A program made the translations under genes and the position numbers. Below, one piece after another: positions 37,554 through 52,299 of a stretch of DNA of 64,000 nucleotides; within the stretch, counting starts at the first letter, position 1, and every line of letters begins with the position of its first letter. Source of the DNA: Ptychomitrium polyphyllum (lineage: Eukaryota); assembly GCA_973851085.1 (NCBI GenBank), contig OZ316776.1, positions 7,130,001-7,194,000 on the forward strand, read 5' to 3'. Under the pieces are notes generated by a model, which saw only the letters and a list, made by a program, of their open reading frames with translations, made no database searches and was not told where the DNA came from.

Positions 37554-40500
37554 GAAGAAGATTTTAAAATTTCCATGTGCCTTAACATTCCAGTGCAGTA
37601 CATCAAGAATTTGCAAATCTTTACCCTCGCTATATGATACATGTATCATACAATGTTCTCAAGGATGACATATATTTGTTCCAAGTTCCATGTATACTAC
37701 CAGCTTTGCAATCAATCAAATGTATGCACTTTACAACCTAACCATGTTCCATTTGTTTTAGAGATGCATTGTGCAACGTGAAAATGTGTGACTTAGTTTT
37801 GGTACATATTTAGATTTCCATGTGCCTCAAAGTTTCACTACACTATATCAAGAATTTGCAATTCTATATCCTTCACCGTATGATACATGTACCATACAAT
37901 GTTCTCAAGGATGGAATACATTTGTTTCTTCTGCTATTTATGATTCTTTATTTCGACATTGAAGCACAATCTTTTATTCATTTTGACAAAAACCTAAATT
38001 TCTTCCATGAGCTTGACTTGCATTAGAGCTTTAAATGAATATTTCCTTCACTGGTTTTCTTCAACATCCATTTCATTGCATTTACTTGAGTATAATCTAT
38101 CTCCATCTATTTTGTCTTTGCTTCCGTATCTTCAAAGTATCATCGTTGTTGTCCACTGCGCATTAAACATTTTTGTGCAAATGATTGAATATTTGCATTG
38201 GTCAATCCTACAACAAACAAAGCCAAGAAGTTGGAATGATTTCATTCTATTCTTGCTTGCTCTGCTATATTAGAACGTTGTCCTAATCAACGCACAAAAA
38301 AATCATTGCATGAAATGTGAAATTTTCTTTCACACATGCTATCACAATCATATAGATTAGAAGCTTTTGGAAGGACCAAGAAGGTTCAAGGAGGTCTAGG
38401 AAGGTTCCTATAAGGTCTAAGGAAATTCAAGAAGGTTTTGAGAAGATCCAAGAAGGTCTAGGAAGGTTCCGAAGAAGCTACCTTGGTTAAAGAAGCTTCC
38501 AAAGGAGCAATTCAAGGTTGCTTGAGTACGAAGCCTTCTATTGGAATCCTCTTGTGAAGCTTCCAAGGCTTTTCTTTCTAGTATATGTAAGAATAAAAGT
38601 TGGAGAGATTTTGAGTCTAGACAACGCAGATTTTGTGGCCCAGTTTAGACTTTTTAGATTTAAACCTTATTGTGATATAAGTCTAGTTAGACCATCCCCT
38701 TGTGTTGATTCCTTGTCTTGTCTTTCCATGCATAATACATGCTGAGTCTCAATAAATTTCAAATCGTGCCTTCAACTTAAGTAATGTAAGAATTTTCTTT
38801 TGTTGACACAATGCTTGTAGAACTAAACAATTTGAAATATCATCTTACATGATGTTGTATCATGATCAATGTATTGATCCATTGCCTAATGGTACCGTTA
38901 CACATTTTGCTGCTTGTTCCTGATTAATGTACACAAGTAAATTCAATACATATGTAAAGATGCATGCGTACACTCAAATCATACGTATTGGTGACTTATG
39001 AAATCCACAACTTTAAATGCACCTTCCAAATGAAACTACTTCAACTAAGTAATTTTACATTATTTTACCTTTCTACCTAGAATTTCCTTCTATCTACCAC
39101 ATCTTGCATATTCTTCCTTTGATTCTTCTAACAAACTACTAATAGTCCATACAACATGGAAATTTGTTGTTGTATGTTTTGAATAATACTTACTAATTTT
39201 TGCTTATGTCAAAATTTAGGAGTCTTTGGTTATAGGTAATGCTTTCATTCAACAACAATGAATTAATAAAGTCACAATTAAATGCCACAATAGTTCAAAA
39301 TAAAGCTCTAAATCATTGCACCCAACCAATGTAAGACTTGCCACTTTGAATATGGTAACCTATAGTTCTTCTACATTCCAAACTCCTTCTTTTACAAATT
39401 ATGATAATACATCTTGACAGGCCCCTCCTATGTACTCTCTCTACTATGCAAATTGCTCTCCAAAGCTAAACATGCATCATCACACTTTGGTTTGTATTCC
39501 TGCAAGCAACATAAAATCCATCTAATTATCCCTTTTGTGATATCTACAAAAGACTACTGGTATTCCAAGAGGACCACTAAAACGCGTTCCACGCTATACA
39601 GTAGCTCACTAATTTAGAATATCATTCTCTAGAATACCATCATTGTGAAGGACCTTTTATTCTTCCATTTTAATGCAAGAAGTACTTCAAACATGCATGC
39701 TTGCAACATGTGTGCCCAAACACATTCTTTAACAATGGCTTTTCAGATAGTAAATCTCAACTCTACAAACAACTCAACTACAAATTCCCTCAAAGCTCTT
39801 TAGTTCTAGATAGCACTTAGATTTGTAAGCACAAAATTCAAGTGCTGATCTTGTCACAATACGTTCTTCCAAAAAGACATGGATTTAATCATTCATATAC
39901 TTGATTCTAAGAGGCACTCCTACAATTGATGTGTCTTCTCTATAGTAAATAGACATCTCAACATTCCATGTGCACGATCAAATGACTTCAAAATCTAAAT
40001 GGTCCCTGATCATTTCCTACATCTAAATGGTCCATGTTCATTTGCCACCAGTGTCTACAAGATTCAGGTGTCACATATCACTATTGTGCAAGGAAGTACA
40101 AAAATCTATACATTACATGATCCAAAACGTGACGTCCTTCATAGCGTGGAAAGAGCCCTAGCCACCATGTCTAGATCCAGGTGATGCTGGGCAGCGGCCA
40201 TTGCTTGTTTATGATAGAACCACAAAAAGAATACTCGTACTTTTGGCAGCCCAAAAGTGCAGGTGAAATTTGGATCCTTTAAAACCAATGGATGTGTCCG
40301 GACACCTACGATGAAGTTGCAAATGGCCAATCGAAGAATCTTTGGAAAAGGCGCTTTCCGACCGTTGCTGCCATGTGCCTCTTGATTGATGTGTACGAAG
40401 AGTACGTCATGTCTACATTGTACGTTTGTTGAGGAGCACCATCTGTGCAAACGCATCCATGTCATAGCTATAGCCATTCCTTGAGCCATCACCAATGCAA

Positions 40501-43500
40501 AATCCACTGTTCACTTTGGAGTGGCACATGTCTTCATGGTAGGTGGGCATCTTTGGTACAAAGTACAGCTTTGTGCTTCAAAGTCACTCTGGAATACAAT
40601 TGATCCGCCAATTGTGTATGGTCCGATGATCTTCCAATGATTTACACTATTGCACATCTGCGATAGTTCATACTAGTGACTGAGTAAGCATAAAGAACCA
40701 AGTGGTAGTGTTGGGAGGAGGCATGTAAAGTTATGGGTATTCCAATCTAAAAACACACCTGGTATTCTCAAAGTCCTAGCAAAATCTGACCTTGGAAACA
40801 TAAGTCAAGCCTTTGTGAAGCTTCTTTGTGATACTCACTTGGAAATTTTGCCAACTGGGTTAATTGCATCATTCAATCTATAACAAGTCTTTGGTGATTA
40901 CTCACGCTCAATCAATTCATGCAAGATAAATGTGTATTCAATGATTGTGTTCAAAGGTTGTATATGTATTTATACACTTTAACATAAAATAATAAGATAC
41001 ATTGGCCTACAATCTTATTTCCAATTGGCTTACACTATAATAGAAGCAACGATGTTTGAATTCAAGCAGGCTATAAGCATGAATTTGCACATTATAAGCA
41101 AGTTTGAGACAGTCATGTGTCATGTCAAATGGTACACCAACCAACAATGTCTTGTCAAAAATAGTCTAAATAATAGTATTTCAACAAATTGAGGCATTAG
41201 CACAAATGATTCAAAGGATTAGACACATGTCTTAAATAATGGAAGAACCCGAATCAAGTTGATTATAGTGTAAGACAATAACAATTCCTACACCACAAAA
41301 GCTTAGTTATACCCTATTAAAGAAGAAATCCTCCTCCTTGTTGACTAAGTCCTTTGCAACTGCATAGATAAGAAGATCAAAGATTATATTCTCAAAGTAC
41401 TTTGAAGCACAAAGTTGTACTTTGTACCAAAGATGCTCACCTACCATGAAGACAACTGCCACTCCAAAGTGAGCAGTGGATTTTGCATTGGTGATGGCTC
41501 AAGGAATGGCTATAGCTATGACAAGGACGCGTTTGCACAGAAGGTGCTCCTCAACAAACGTACGATGTAGACATGACGTACTCTTCGTACACACCAATCA
41601 AGAGGCACATGGCAGCAACGGTCGGAAAGCGCCTTTTCCAAAGATTCTTTGATTGGCCATTTGCAATTTCACTTTAGGTGTCCGGAAACATCCATTGGTT
41701 TCAAAAGATCCAAATTTCACCCGCACTTTTGGAATGCCAAAAGTACGAGTATTGTTCTTGTGGTTCTGTCATAAACAAGCAATGGCCGCTGCCCAACATC
41801 ACGTGGATCTAGAGATGGTGTGACAAGAGGTCTTTCCATGTTATGAAGGAGATCATCTTTTGCATCATCCAATGTATAGAATTTTGTACTTCCTCGGGCG
41901 TTAGTGATATGTGACATCTGAATCTTGTAGGCACTGGTAGCAAATGAACATTGACCATTTGGATTTTGAAGTCGTTTGATTGTGCACATGGAACGTTGAG
42001 ATGTCTATTCACGAGGGGGAAGACACAACATTTGTAAGAGGGTGTTTTGGAATCAAATACATCAAGGACTATGTCCATGTTCTTTTGTAGTTATGTATTG
42101 CGACCACATGAGCACATGAATGTAATAGACACATATGCAAATGCTATCTTGTACGGAAAAGCTTTGAGGGAATTTGTAATTGAGTTGTTTATGGAATTGA
42201 AGATTACCACCTGCAAAAGCCATTGTTAAAGGATGAGTTTGAGCACACTTGTTGTAAGCATACATGTTTGGATACTTTTGGCAGAAATATGCATGAATAA
42301 AAGATCCTTCGCAATGACAGTATTCTAGAGAATGATATTTTGAATTTATAAATTGTAGATAGATGCAACTAATCTTTGGATGCGAAGTTAGTGTTTATGA
42401 TGTTGTAGGAGCCTTTTCACTTTTAATTAGTGAATTATAAATTTGCTAGGGTGTAGAGTATGAAGACATTGTGTGTTGTTTTTGTTAGATCACGTAAGCG
42501 TATTTGTAAGCTTGGATACACATTAAAGAATCTATAGTTGTTGTAGCATTGAACAAGCTCTATTTGTAATTGTTTGGTAGTGTATGTATTATTTACTTAA
42601 ACATTTATGTAAATCTATACTTGATGTGCAATGATGTTGTGTTCCTTTGAATGGATGTTATTTATTTGAAGCTTTGAATCTTTCAAAATGGAGTCATTAT
42701 TCCATCTTTTTGATGATGTAAATTTCATTAGAAATTTCAACTTAAGAAACATTCTATTAAATATAAAATTTTAAGTTTTTAACTAATATTTAATCACTTG
42801 AACACATCCATAGATTGTCCATATATTGCTAGGTTAGAATGTATTGTCATGGAGGCTTTTAACTACAATAAAGTAGCCACATCTCAATGCAGGGATGAAT
42901 TGAATGTTTTGGCACTATTATTGTTTGATTGTGTATGATATCATTATATTAGATTTTGAAGCCATAATTCATGTAATTGAGTGCGTAGTAAAATTTATTG
43001 TCCAAATTTCATTGAAAATTTTGACTTCAATAAATGCCTTATTTGAGAGAAATTTGTTATAGTATATGACACAATTGTATCATGTTTGGCAGGTTTGTAG
43101 AACCATTCATTGGTTTTGTGCATGCAAGATGCTCATAATAATTTTGAAGCATGTATAGAAATCCAATTAGAGCGATATTAATATGAATAAAAATAAAAAG
43201 TTATATGGATTAACTAATATAAGAAGTGAGATGTTTGTGCAGATGTGACATGGTAAGGTTGGTACAATCCCTTATTGTTTTCTTAAATACTAGAATAGCA
43301 GAAAGTACATTTTATAAAATGATGGCTACAAAGGTAGGCATGTTACGGAATGTATGACTCATATTATGACATGTATATCATATTCACCCTACTTACAAAT
43401 CAACCTTCTAATTGTATCCAACAATGAGGTGGCCCTTTATTTTGTTCAAATCAAAAGCCTCAAAGAAACGCATCAAAGTGGAATATTTTTATTTCACAAT

Positions 43501-45123
43501 GAGTTCCTCTTGATAAATTGATTTTTAACCTATTAGAGTATTATATATGTGATAATTGTACTTTGTACAATGTGTATATGTGCAATTTTTCCTTATTTTC
43601 TTTGCCTTTAATGTTTGATACTTTTATAATGTGTTTCAAAGGTATAACAAAAATATACAAGTTGATAGAACATTGCATTAAAAACTCAAGCAATTGTTAA
43701 ATGTATAACAATCCATACCCACATTTTCAAAAGGAGTATAAAAGATAAGTAAAGGTGATGTTTGAAGATGTTTTGAACTTTATATTTCAAACAACACCTT
43801 CAAAGAATTTTGGATATGTCATGTCAAAATGTATATTTTTTAACACACTAATATAAGTATTTCAATCTCAAAAATCATGTTCTCAATAAATATTTGTTAC
43901 CTTTAATTCACTTCACATTTACAACTTGCATTACTCTCACTATTCATCACTCACTATCCTCTCACTACTCGTCACTCACTTTCCTCTCACTATTCGTCAC
44001 TTACTTTCCTCACTATTCGTCGCCTGCTTTACTCTCAAGTTTTAGGTGACCAAAGTGCAGCTCAAGTTGTCCAATTTATCCTGCTTGCCCCCTCACTACC
44101 ACACAAGTCTGTGTCACGTTCACTTACCACACTAGTCTGTCGCACATTCAACTCACCACACAAGTCTGTGTCACGTTCAACTTACTCATAACCCAAACAT
44201 ATGTTCACACAAGGAGTGCACGGTTTACTTTCTGCACTTTAAATCCACGGACCTTTACATTCTAGCACTGGTGCTCGATGGAGCAGCGTCGATGCCAAAT
44301 ACGAATCCTTTGCAATAATTGAAAATTACAATGATTATCCTCCGCAGCAGAGTGACTAGTGAAGAGAGGAGAGAATCAATGTTGTTGGTGAAGCCGGTGC
44401 TGCGTCTCCATCCCGGTGCAAGCTGATGCATACGAAAGCGGTCGACCCTGTGGAACCTTATCGCCATGCTGATCATGCTGTTGGGTTTGACTATGGTGGG
44501 GACGACGGTCAAGAGACTTCGTCACGGTTCCTCCTCCTGGCTTCGCTTAAACCTTTATGCCCTACAGGTATTCCGGATTCACACCCAAAAAAAAAAAGTA
44601 CGTAAGAGGCCATAAATCCCACATGCTCATGAAGAATTTATTGAAGGCCTTTCACAAACGAATCTATTACACATTACACCTAGTCCGATTTCTTGTTATT
44701 ATTTTAGTGTTTTCTAAAGTGTTATGATTCTTTCTATGCACGACTCCAAAATTTACACTATAAATATAAACCCAAACATCTCAATGTGAACAAAATACCT
44801 GAAACTTTCAAAACACACCTAAACCACAATTTCATTCGACTATCTTGTTTCCTCAGTCATCTAGGTCTAAACCCTGTAACCTCAATTTATGAAATCTATA
44901 GCTGTGCCAAATCAACTGAACAGATTATAAGACCCCTTTATTCCTGGAATCAGCACAAATCAAAGCCTAAACACCAATATGCAACAGACAATACCATTTG
45001 ACCGACAACTCCGTTACCTCCGGCCATTTAGAAAACCCCTTCAGTAGGTAGAACAGAACGGCATAAACAGGCCTTCTCAATTCTTAACGTCCACACCGTG
45101 AATAGTTAGGTGCCATCACATTC

Positions 45124-46030
45124 TGGGAGCAATTACTTTGGGGTCGATTCATGACCCTCTGGTGGTGACATCAAGCTGCGCAACAGTGAGCGGTTAGCGC
45201 TGGTTCTCTGCTTGTGAAGGCCAGGATACCTGATTGTTTAGTAGGAGCAGGCTGTCTGATCCGCCGCGGGCATGCATTTGTGTTCTTCTCGAGAACAAGA
45301 CCTTTAATGGAGTTGGTCGGAATTAACCCTGCTAGTACGAGTTTACGAAGCACAAACTAAGTGATTTGAATCATAAGATCAGCACCACAGGATACATACA
45401 CGGACACATGTACACCACATGAGATCTAGGCAGAATTTTTCATCTCCACCTTTGAGCAGAAAGTTTCAGATTAAACATCCAGGGAATCTCATGGGCGGGT
45501 AAAAATGTCGCCAACTTTGACGAGGCAACTGATTGTAAGTGTGCGGAATCAACTAGTAAATTGGCGCTGTGATCCGTGTCGAGGGCTATCGATTGGAAAA
45601 ATCCGCTGGTTCTGCAATGCCATTGGCCAATTTCAAAGCATAAACGTGTTTGATAGAGCTGCGACCTGCAGAAAATCAGAAAATCGGATTTATTGCAAGC
45701 TGCACCCAACCCTGGTGATTTCACGTCCACTAACCTCCAGATACTTATTCCAGGTGACTCAAATAAGAGGTGTTGGTGAACTGGTTGGTATGCATCGCGA
45801 TCACTTATCTCGAGAGACACGCAAAGATGTCTTAGGCCGATCCGGTTCCAGCAGTCTACGACGCTGGGCTGAAAGGTGGTGAACATTCTGGAGAGCCAGC
45901 TTTGAGGTGGGGAAGGGGATTCGCAGTCCACCGCGGCTCGTCCGCCAGCTGCTCTGTCGAGCCAGGCCCACTCGGGCAGAGAAAAGCACCTGCGGGCAAT
46001 TGGGCATGCGCGATGGAAGTTTGAAAGCGT
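45124..46030 (+). repeat. P repeat, orphan (Z-P-X)
   Basis: Offset 22169 from 22955. Confidence 0.95.
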
Positions 46031-49000
46031 GAAGAAGATTTTAAAATTTCCATGTGCCTTAACATTCCAGTGCAGTACATCAAGAATTTGCAAATCTTTA
46101 CCCTCGCTATATGATACATGTATCATACAATGTTCTCAAGGATGACATATATTTGTTCCAAGTTCCATGTATACTACCAGCTTTGCAATCAATCAAATGT
46201 ATGCACTTTACAACCTAACCATGTTCCATTTGTTTTAGAGATGCATTGTGCAACGTGAAAATGTGTGACTTAGTTTTGGTACATATTTAGATTTCCATGT
46301 GCCTCAAAGTTTCACTACACTATATCAAGAATTTGCAATTCTATATCCTTCACCGTATGATACATGTACCATACAATGTTCTCAAGGATGGAATACATTT
46401 GTTTCTTCTGCTATTTATGATTCTTTATTTCGACATTGAAGCACAATCTTTTATTCATTTTGACAAAAACCTAAATTTCTTCCATGAGCTTGACTTGCAT
46501 TAGAGCTTTAAATGAATATTTCCTTCACTGGTTTTCTTCAACATCCATTTCATTGCATTTACTTGAGTATAATCTATCTCCATCTATTTTGTCTTTGCTT
46601 CCGTATCTTCAAAGTATCATCGTTGTTGTCCACTGCGCATTAAACATTTTTGTGCAAATGATTGAATATTTGCATTGGTCAATCCTACAACAAACAAAGC
46701 CAAGAAGTTGGAATGATTTCATTCTATTCTTGCTTGCTCTGCTATATTAGAACGTTGTCCTAATCAACGCACAAAAAAATCATTGCATGAAATGTGAAAT
46801 TTTCTTTCACACATGCTATCACAATCATATAGATTAGAAGCTTTTGGAAGGACCAAGAAGGTTCAAGGAGGTCTAGGAAGGTTCCTATAAGGTCTAAGGA
46901 AATTCAAGAAGGTTTTGAGAAGATCCAAGAAGGTCTAGGAAGGTTCCGAAGAAGCTACCTTGGTTAAAGAAGCTTCCAAAGGAGCAATTCAAGGTTGCTT
47001 GAGTACGAAGCCTTCTATTGGAATCCTCTTGTGAAGCTTCCAAGGCTTTTCTTTCTAGTATATGTAAGAATAAAAGTTGGAGAGATTTTGAGTCTAGACA
47101 ACGCAGATTTTGTGGCCCAGTTTAGACTTTTTAGATTTAAACCTTATTGTGATATAAGTCTAGTTAGACCATCCCCTTGTGTTGATTCCTTGTCTTGTCT
47201 TTCCATGCATAATACATGCTGAGTCTCAATAAATTTCAAATCGTGCCTTCAACTTAAGTAATGTAAGAATTTTCTTTTGTTGACACAATGCTTGTAGAAC
47301 TAAACAATTTGAAATATCATCTTACATGATGTTGTATCATGATCAATGTATTGATCCATTGCCTAATGGTACCGTTACACATTTTGCTGCTTGTTCCTGA
47401 TTAATGTACACAAGTAAATTCAATACATATGTAAAGATGCATGCGTACACTCAAATCATACGTATTGGTGACTTATGAAATCCACAACTTTAAATGCACC
47501 TTCCAAATGAAACTACTTCAACTAAGTAATTTTACATTATTTTACCTTTCTACCTAGAATTTCCTTCTATCTACCACATCTTGCATATTCTTCCTTTGAT
47601 TCTTCTAACAAACTACTAATAGTCCATACAACATGGAAATTTGTTGTTGTATGTTTTGAATAATACTTACTAATTTTTGCTTATGTCAAAATTTAGGAGT
47701 CTTTGGTTATAGGTAATGCTTTCATTCAACAACAATGAATTAATAAAGTCACAATTAAATGCCACAATAGTTCAAAATAAAGCTCTAAATCATTGCACCC
47801 AACCAATGTAAGACTTGCCACTTTGAATATGGTAACCTATAGTTCTTCTACATTCCAAACTCCTTCTTTTACAAATTATGATAATACATCTTGACAGGCC
47901 CCTCCTATGTACTCTCTCTACTATGCAAATTGCTCTCCAAAGCTAAACATGCATCATCACACTTTGGTTTGTATTCCTGCAAGCAACATAAAATCCATCT
48001 AATTATCCCTTTTGTGATATCTACAAAAGACTACTGGTATTCCAAGAGGACCACTAAAACGCGTTCCACGCTATACAGTAGCTCACTAATTTAGAATATC
48101 ATTCTCTAGAATACCATCATTGTGAAGGACCTTTTATTCTTCCATTTTAATGCAAGAAGTACTTCAAACATGCATGCTTGCAACATGTGTGCCCAAACAC
48201 ATTCTTTAACAATGGCTTTTCAGATAGTAAATCTCAACTCTACAAACAACTCAACTACAAATTCCCTCAAAGCTCTTTAGTTCTAGATAGCACTTAGATT
48301 TGTAAGCACAAAATTCAAGTGCTGATCTTGTCACAATACGTTCTTCCAAAAAGACATGGATTTAATCATTCATATACTTGATTCTAAGAGGCACTCTTAC
48401 AATTGTTGTGTCTTCTCTATAGTAAATAGACATCTCAACATTCCATGTGCACGATCAAATGACTTCAAAATCTAAATGGTCCCTGATCATTTCCTACATC
48501 TAAATGGTCCATGTTCATTTGCCACCAGTGTCTACAAGATTCAGGTGTCACATATCACTATTGTGCAAGGAAGTACAAAAATCTATACATTACATGATCC
48601 AAAACGTGACGTCCTTCATAGCGTGGAAAGAGCCCTAGCCACCATGTCTAGATCCAGGTGATGCTGGGCAGCGGCCATTGCTTGTTTATGATAGAACCAC
48701 AAAAAGAATACTCGTACTTTTGGCAGCCCAAAAGTGCAAGTGAAATTTGGATCCTTTAAAACCAATGGATGTGTCCGGACACCTACGATGAAGTTGCAAA
48801 TGGCCAATCGAAGAATCTTTGGAAAAGGCGCTTTCCGACCGTTGCTGCCATGTGCCTCTTGATTGATGTGTACGAAGAGTACGTCATGTCTACATTGTAC
48901 GTTTGTTGAGGAGCACCATCTGTGCAAACGCATCCATGTCATAGCTCTAGCCATTCCTAAACCATCACCAATTCAAAATCCACTGTTCACTTTGGAGTGG

Positions 49001-51109
49001 CACATGTCTTCATGGTAGGTGGGCATCTTTGGTACAAAGTACAACTTTGTGCTTCAAAGTCACTCTGGAATACAATTGATCTACCAATTGTGTATGGTCC
49101 GATGATCTTCCAATGATTTACACTATTGCACATCTGCGATAGTTCATACTAGTGACTGAGTAAGCATAAAGAACCAAGTGGTGGTGTTGGGAGGAGGCAT
49201 GTAAAAGTCATGGATATTCCAATCTAAAAACACACCTGGTATTCTCAAAGTCCTAGCAAAATCTGACACATTCAAACCTCTCTGAAGCTCCTCTGTGATA
49301 CTCACTTGGAAATCTGCCAGCTAGAGTGGTGACACATAAACACGATACATATTCGGAAGGTGGTGACACTTACACTTGATATAAACTCGGAAGGTGGTTC
49401 TCGAGGAGCTTATGCGAGGTTCTTGTCACAGCCTCTCGGTCTGGTTTTTTGTCTAATGGGGGCTCCTGGCAGAAGCGGAGACCATTATTACCATGTCTTG
49501 CTCATTTATCGTGTGGATCTGGGTGTAGACTGTTAAGAGTGTAAATAAATTGTATGGAAACAATGATATCTTGTACAATTGATGCGTCAAGGTGTGAGTT
49601 TTGCTGGGTTTTCCAGCATTGCCTCAACTTCTGTGACTTGGGATTTGTGTGGCGAACAGTATTCGACTAAAGTTTAGAGTGAATTTGAATAAGTTGATTC
49701 TCTGAGCTCACTCTCGTTTTGTTGTTACTGTATGTATGAATTTGATTATCGGTGTCTAGAACAGGAGGGTGAAACACTGTGATCATCTCGTTTACAGGGC
49801 ATTGTTGGGCTTACAAGGCGTCAGAGGCGGCATTTGCATAAGGCCTACAAGCAGAATTATGGTCAGGGTCAGAAAATTCCTTCAGTGCTCGTAAGAAGGA
49901 AAAAGCAAGATGCCTGGTACCACCGGAACCCTTCATCACGGAAGCCCTCCACTCAGTGAAACAAGTTCTTGTGGTGGAGACTTCTCAATAATTGAACTTG
50001 ACAGTACGGTTGAATTCTACCTACATACAGAGCGGGAGCATTGGTAACTTGCCTTACATGTAAAGCACACTGCAATCTCACAGTATTAGGCACGAAAAAT
50101 GAAGAGGTGACCGCATTCTGGACTTAATTCGCTGTCTCTGGAGCTAATTGCTTTCTGGAAGTTGGGAAGTCACATGCGGTCTGGATAATGCTGCCGTGTA
50201 GTATGACTTTGAAGTACACGACAATGGTATCACATTGCAGTAGCATCAGTACTCAGTGTGCAGCCTGTTTTTGTGTGGAGCAGTGCGGCCGTGTTGTGCT
50301 TGAATCTGAAGAAACGATGCCCCTTTCACATTGAGCCTCACGAATGACCACATGAGTGGACAGAAATTTCTTATGTACCGGTATCCATCGAATTCCAGAA
50401 TCTCGTCCTTCAAAAAGAACTGGAACAACAAAAACCAGACATCAGAGAATCTCGAACCGTCTGCTCTGAGGAGGTGATGTGCGGATTGGGGGCCCAGAAA
50501 GCAGCCACTTCAGGACTCGTTCAATTCAGTTTAGCTGCGTAGAACTTCAAAGACTTGTTGGTGGGCTTCAGTGGGTTTCACGACTGGCAGTCTCTGTCCA
50601 CGGATTTGGTAATGTCTCAAAGTAGTTTCATGCATGCCATTAAGCTCGCTGCTTAATTCCTATTAACACCAGAGCTATACAATATATACATACTTTATTA
50701 TATACAATAACACAACAAACTGGGGTCACCGATGTTTCGGATTACAAGTGCGGCTTAACTGGAAATCAGCTGTGCTCCTAGCTAGGTGCCATCAACCTTG
50801 CACCAAAGATAAGTATCCCAGGAACGCACGCTGTCCAGTACCTAAGCCTTTTATTCTACTTTTATTCAGTCTGTATAAACTCAAGCAGCTTCACAAGCTG
50901 CAAGAGTGCACGCACGGTGGCGTTGCATAAGTGACACACACAATAAAATCCACACAACTTACATAGCCCGGCGACATAACTTCCAGTGCTACACACCTAG
51001 TACACAACATCACAACACAAATCGTACAGTTTTATGCTACAAGTCCCGCTTGAGAAACCCAGGATGCAGCACATCCCAGATCAAGTAGGCCAGCGATCCG
51101 ACGAGCTCG

Positions 51110-52182
51110 CTACACGTCCTTGGACATAGCCGGAGCAAATACAATATCGTTCTCCACAAGCATGTGACACGCCTCATCACCATGTGCGATCTTCAGAGCT
51201 TTAAAGGCGGGGTGACGAGACAGCCACTGCGCAGTGTTGATGTGGCAGATCGCGACGGCTTTGATACGAGTGGATTCGGAGCCCTCCGGTTTGAGAGTCG
51301 CCTGGATGATCTTCGTGCCTGTCACACGATGACAGTAGTACAGCGCCACGGGGAAGGCAATGTGATGGCAGACAACGATTTTCTTACCCTCGGCGACTGA
51401 GCCCTTGGCGACATCGAGAATGGCAACTGGCTCCTTCGAGGCCGGGGCTGAGGCCGGTGCGCCGCTAGTTGAGTACACCTTAACTTCGTGGCCCAGTTCA
51501 GCGGCCACGAAGGTGGCCACAGACTCAGTAGATGCAGCGCAGGCCCTGGATTCGCCGGGGAGGGCCGCGCTGCCGCACAGATACGCGGCGGTGGCAACGT
51601 CAGTGGCCTCGGTAGAGTCGCGCGCCACGCCGAAGTGCTGCATCAGGGTCAACGCGTTAGAAGATGTAAGGGAAGGCAGTTTGGCCACAGCAGAACTTGT
51701 CAGGAACTCTCTCCTGGGGGCGGGGTCATGCAGATTCCCGTCCAAGGTCATCTTGGCGCCTGCGACCATCGCAGTCTCCAGGAAGAAGTCTCGCTGCAGG
51801 TCGTTCACCGTGACAATCGAAGCGTCGCGAAGACGGGCTGCATCCGCGACATCCGATTCGGCCGTCTGCCGAAGAAGATCATCGCTAAGGCAGATCAGCG
51901 CACTAGATGAGCACACTGCGGAGAGAAGATGAGCGGACGAGCTGCTGCTTACCGCCTTCCCGATCGGCCTACCAGCCAGACTCACCCCAACCTGCATTTC
52001 CAGACAAGACACACTCTCGAAGTTAGACCAGCCCCGCAACTCACAACACATCAAGTGCACACTGCATGCGTAGATCGAATGTAAACAACAGCAAATGATA
52101 AGCTAGAGGGGTTTTGTGGACTTACCATGGAGCTCGCTGCTGCCAGGACGAACACAAGGACGTGAAGGTGCTGAATCGCCAT
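51110..52182 (-). CDS. BURP-domain protein copy 3; exons 52182-52126 and 51991-51110
   Basis: Copy 2 shifted by +22169; identical translation; splice sites intact. Confidence 0.93.
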
Positions 52183-52292
52183 TCTGTCAACAGCCGGAGA
52201 TATGAGACACTAGAGCGGGTTCGTACAGATCAGAGAGAGCTGAGTGCGTGAGGGGTAGGCAGTGGGTGATCTTAACTGCGGACGCCTGCATC

Positions 52293-52299
52293 TTTTATA
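52293..52299 (-). promoter_or_regulatory. TATA box of BURP copy 3
   Basis: TTTTATA on +, same position relative to the ATG as in copy 1. Confidence 0.7.

Larger units (their letters stand above)
13150..40800. repeat. Inverted repeat, arms about 13150-23855 and 30136-40800 (about 10.7 kb), spacer 6.3 kb holding BURP copy 2
   Basis: Coordinate sums 53991-53992 (17116/36876, 23002/30989). Confidence 0.9.
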
